From positions 1,122 to 65,121 of the forward strand of contig DASZRL010000014.1 in assembly GCA_035549175.1 (NCBI GenBank): a DNA stretch of 64,000 nucleotides, given 5' to 3'. Within the stretch, counting starts at the first letter, position 1. Every line of letters begins with the position of its first letter. Below are positions 63,854 to 64,000 of the stretch, in pieces. Both the position numbers and the translations under genes were made by a program. The notes under the pieces were generated by a model, which was not told the origin of the DNA, did not search any database, and worked only from the letters and a program-made list of their open reading frames with translations. The DNA comes from Chitinophagaceae bacterium. Its GTDB lineage: Bacteria > Bacteroidota > Bacteroidia > Chitinophagales > Chitinophagaceae.

Positions 63854-64000
63854 GGTTGGTGGCTGACCCCGCCGGACCAGGTTTCCAGGCCACTGATTTG
63901 TAAGGAATTATTAGTAAATTTACTGCGGCCCCGAAGTACGAAACTCTTAGTAAATTTTTGTTAAACTGACCAGGCGGAAAATGATTCCGTGGTGTCCTTC

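Noticed and set aside
63981-64000. Possible gene start (ATGATTCCGTGGTGTCC...) at the right edge
   Set aside because: Only 20 nt are visible, so it cannot be supported.

Overview
This is a GC-rich chromosomal segment that reads as core genome of a Bacteroidota organism (Chitinophagia/Sphingobacteriia-like). Supporting signs are a T9SS C-terminal sorting domain, a PorW/SprE-like TPR lipoprotein, a glmS-DUF4954 pair, a ddl-PASTA-rhodanese cluster and TAnnTTTG-type -7 boxes. I support about 57 protein genes, one initiator tRNA, one TPP riboswitch and several intrinsic terminators. Main blocks: (i) an M14 peptidase that runs off the left edge and is missing from the ORF track, then ggt and small outer-membrane barrels. 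(ii) A bactofilin cluster. (iii) A peptidoglycan neighbourhood with class A PBP, OmpA/TSP3, RlpA, a YcbB-like L,D-transpeptidase and a secreted VanX/M15 peptidase. (iv) A seven-gene aromatic amino-acid operon: pheA, aminotransferase, tyrA, DAHPS/CM, aroB, aroA, aroC. (v) An ECF sigma factor with a membrane anti-sigma-like protein fused to a trypsin-like protease. (vi) Housekeeping genes: lipB, rluD, def, ruvX, ubiA-like, trmH-like, mutS, mgtE, glmS, der, era, ddl. (vii) Three tandem DUF2807/GIN paralogs. (viii) A TPP-riboswitch-controlled TonB-dependent receptor. I saw no transposase, integrase, CRISPR array or recognisable defence island, so this is not an obvious accessory region. The best lead is regulatory. 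A 29-codon leader ORF, not in the ORF track, has 6 Phe and 4 Tyr codons within 11 consecutive codons. It is followed by mutually exclusive antiterminator and terminator helices directly in front of pheA, the architecture of a ribosome-mediated attenuator for the whole Phe/Tyr operon. Many long ORFs in the track are antisense shadows of real genes, typical of GC-rich DNA, and were rejected. All calls come from reading the translations and the sequence by eye; no database search was run.
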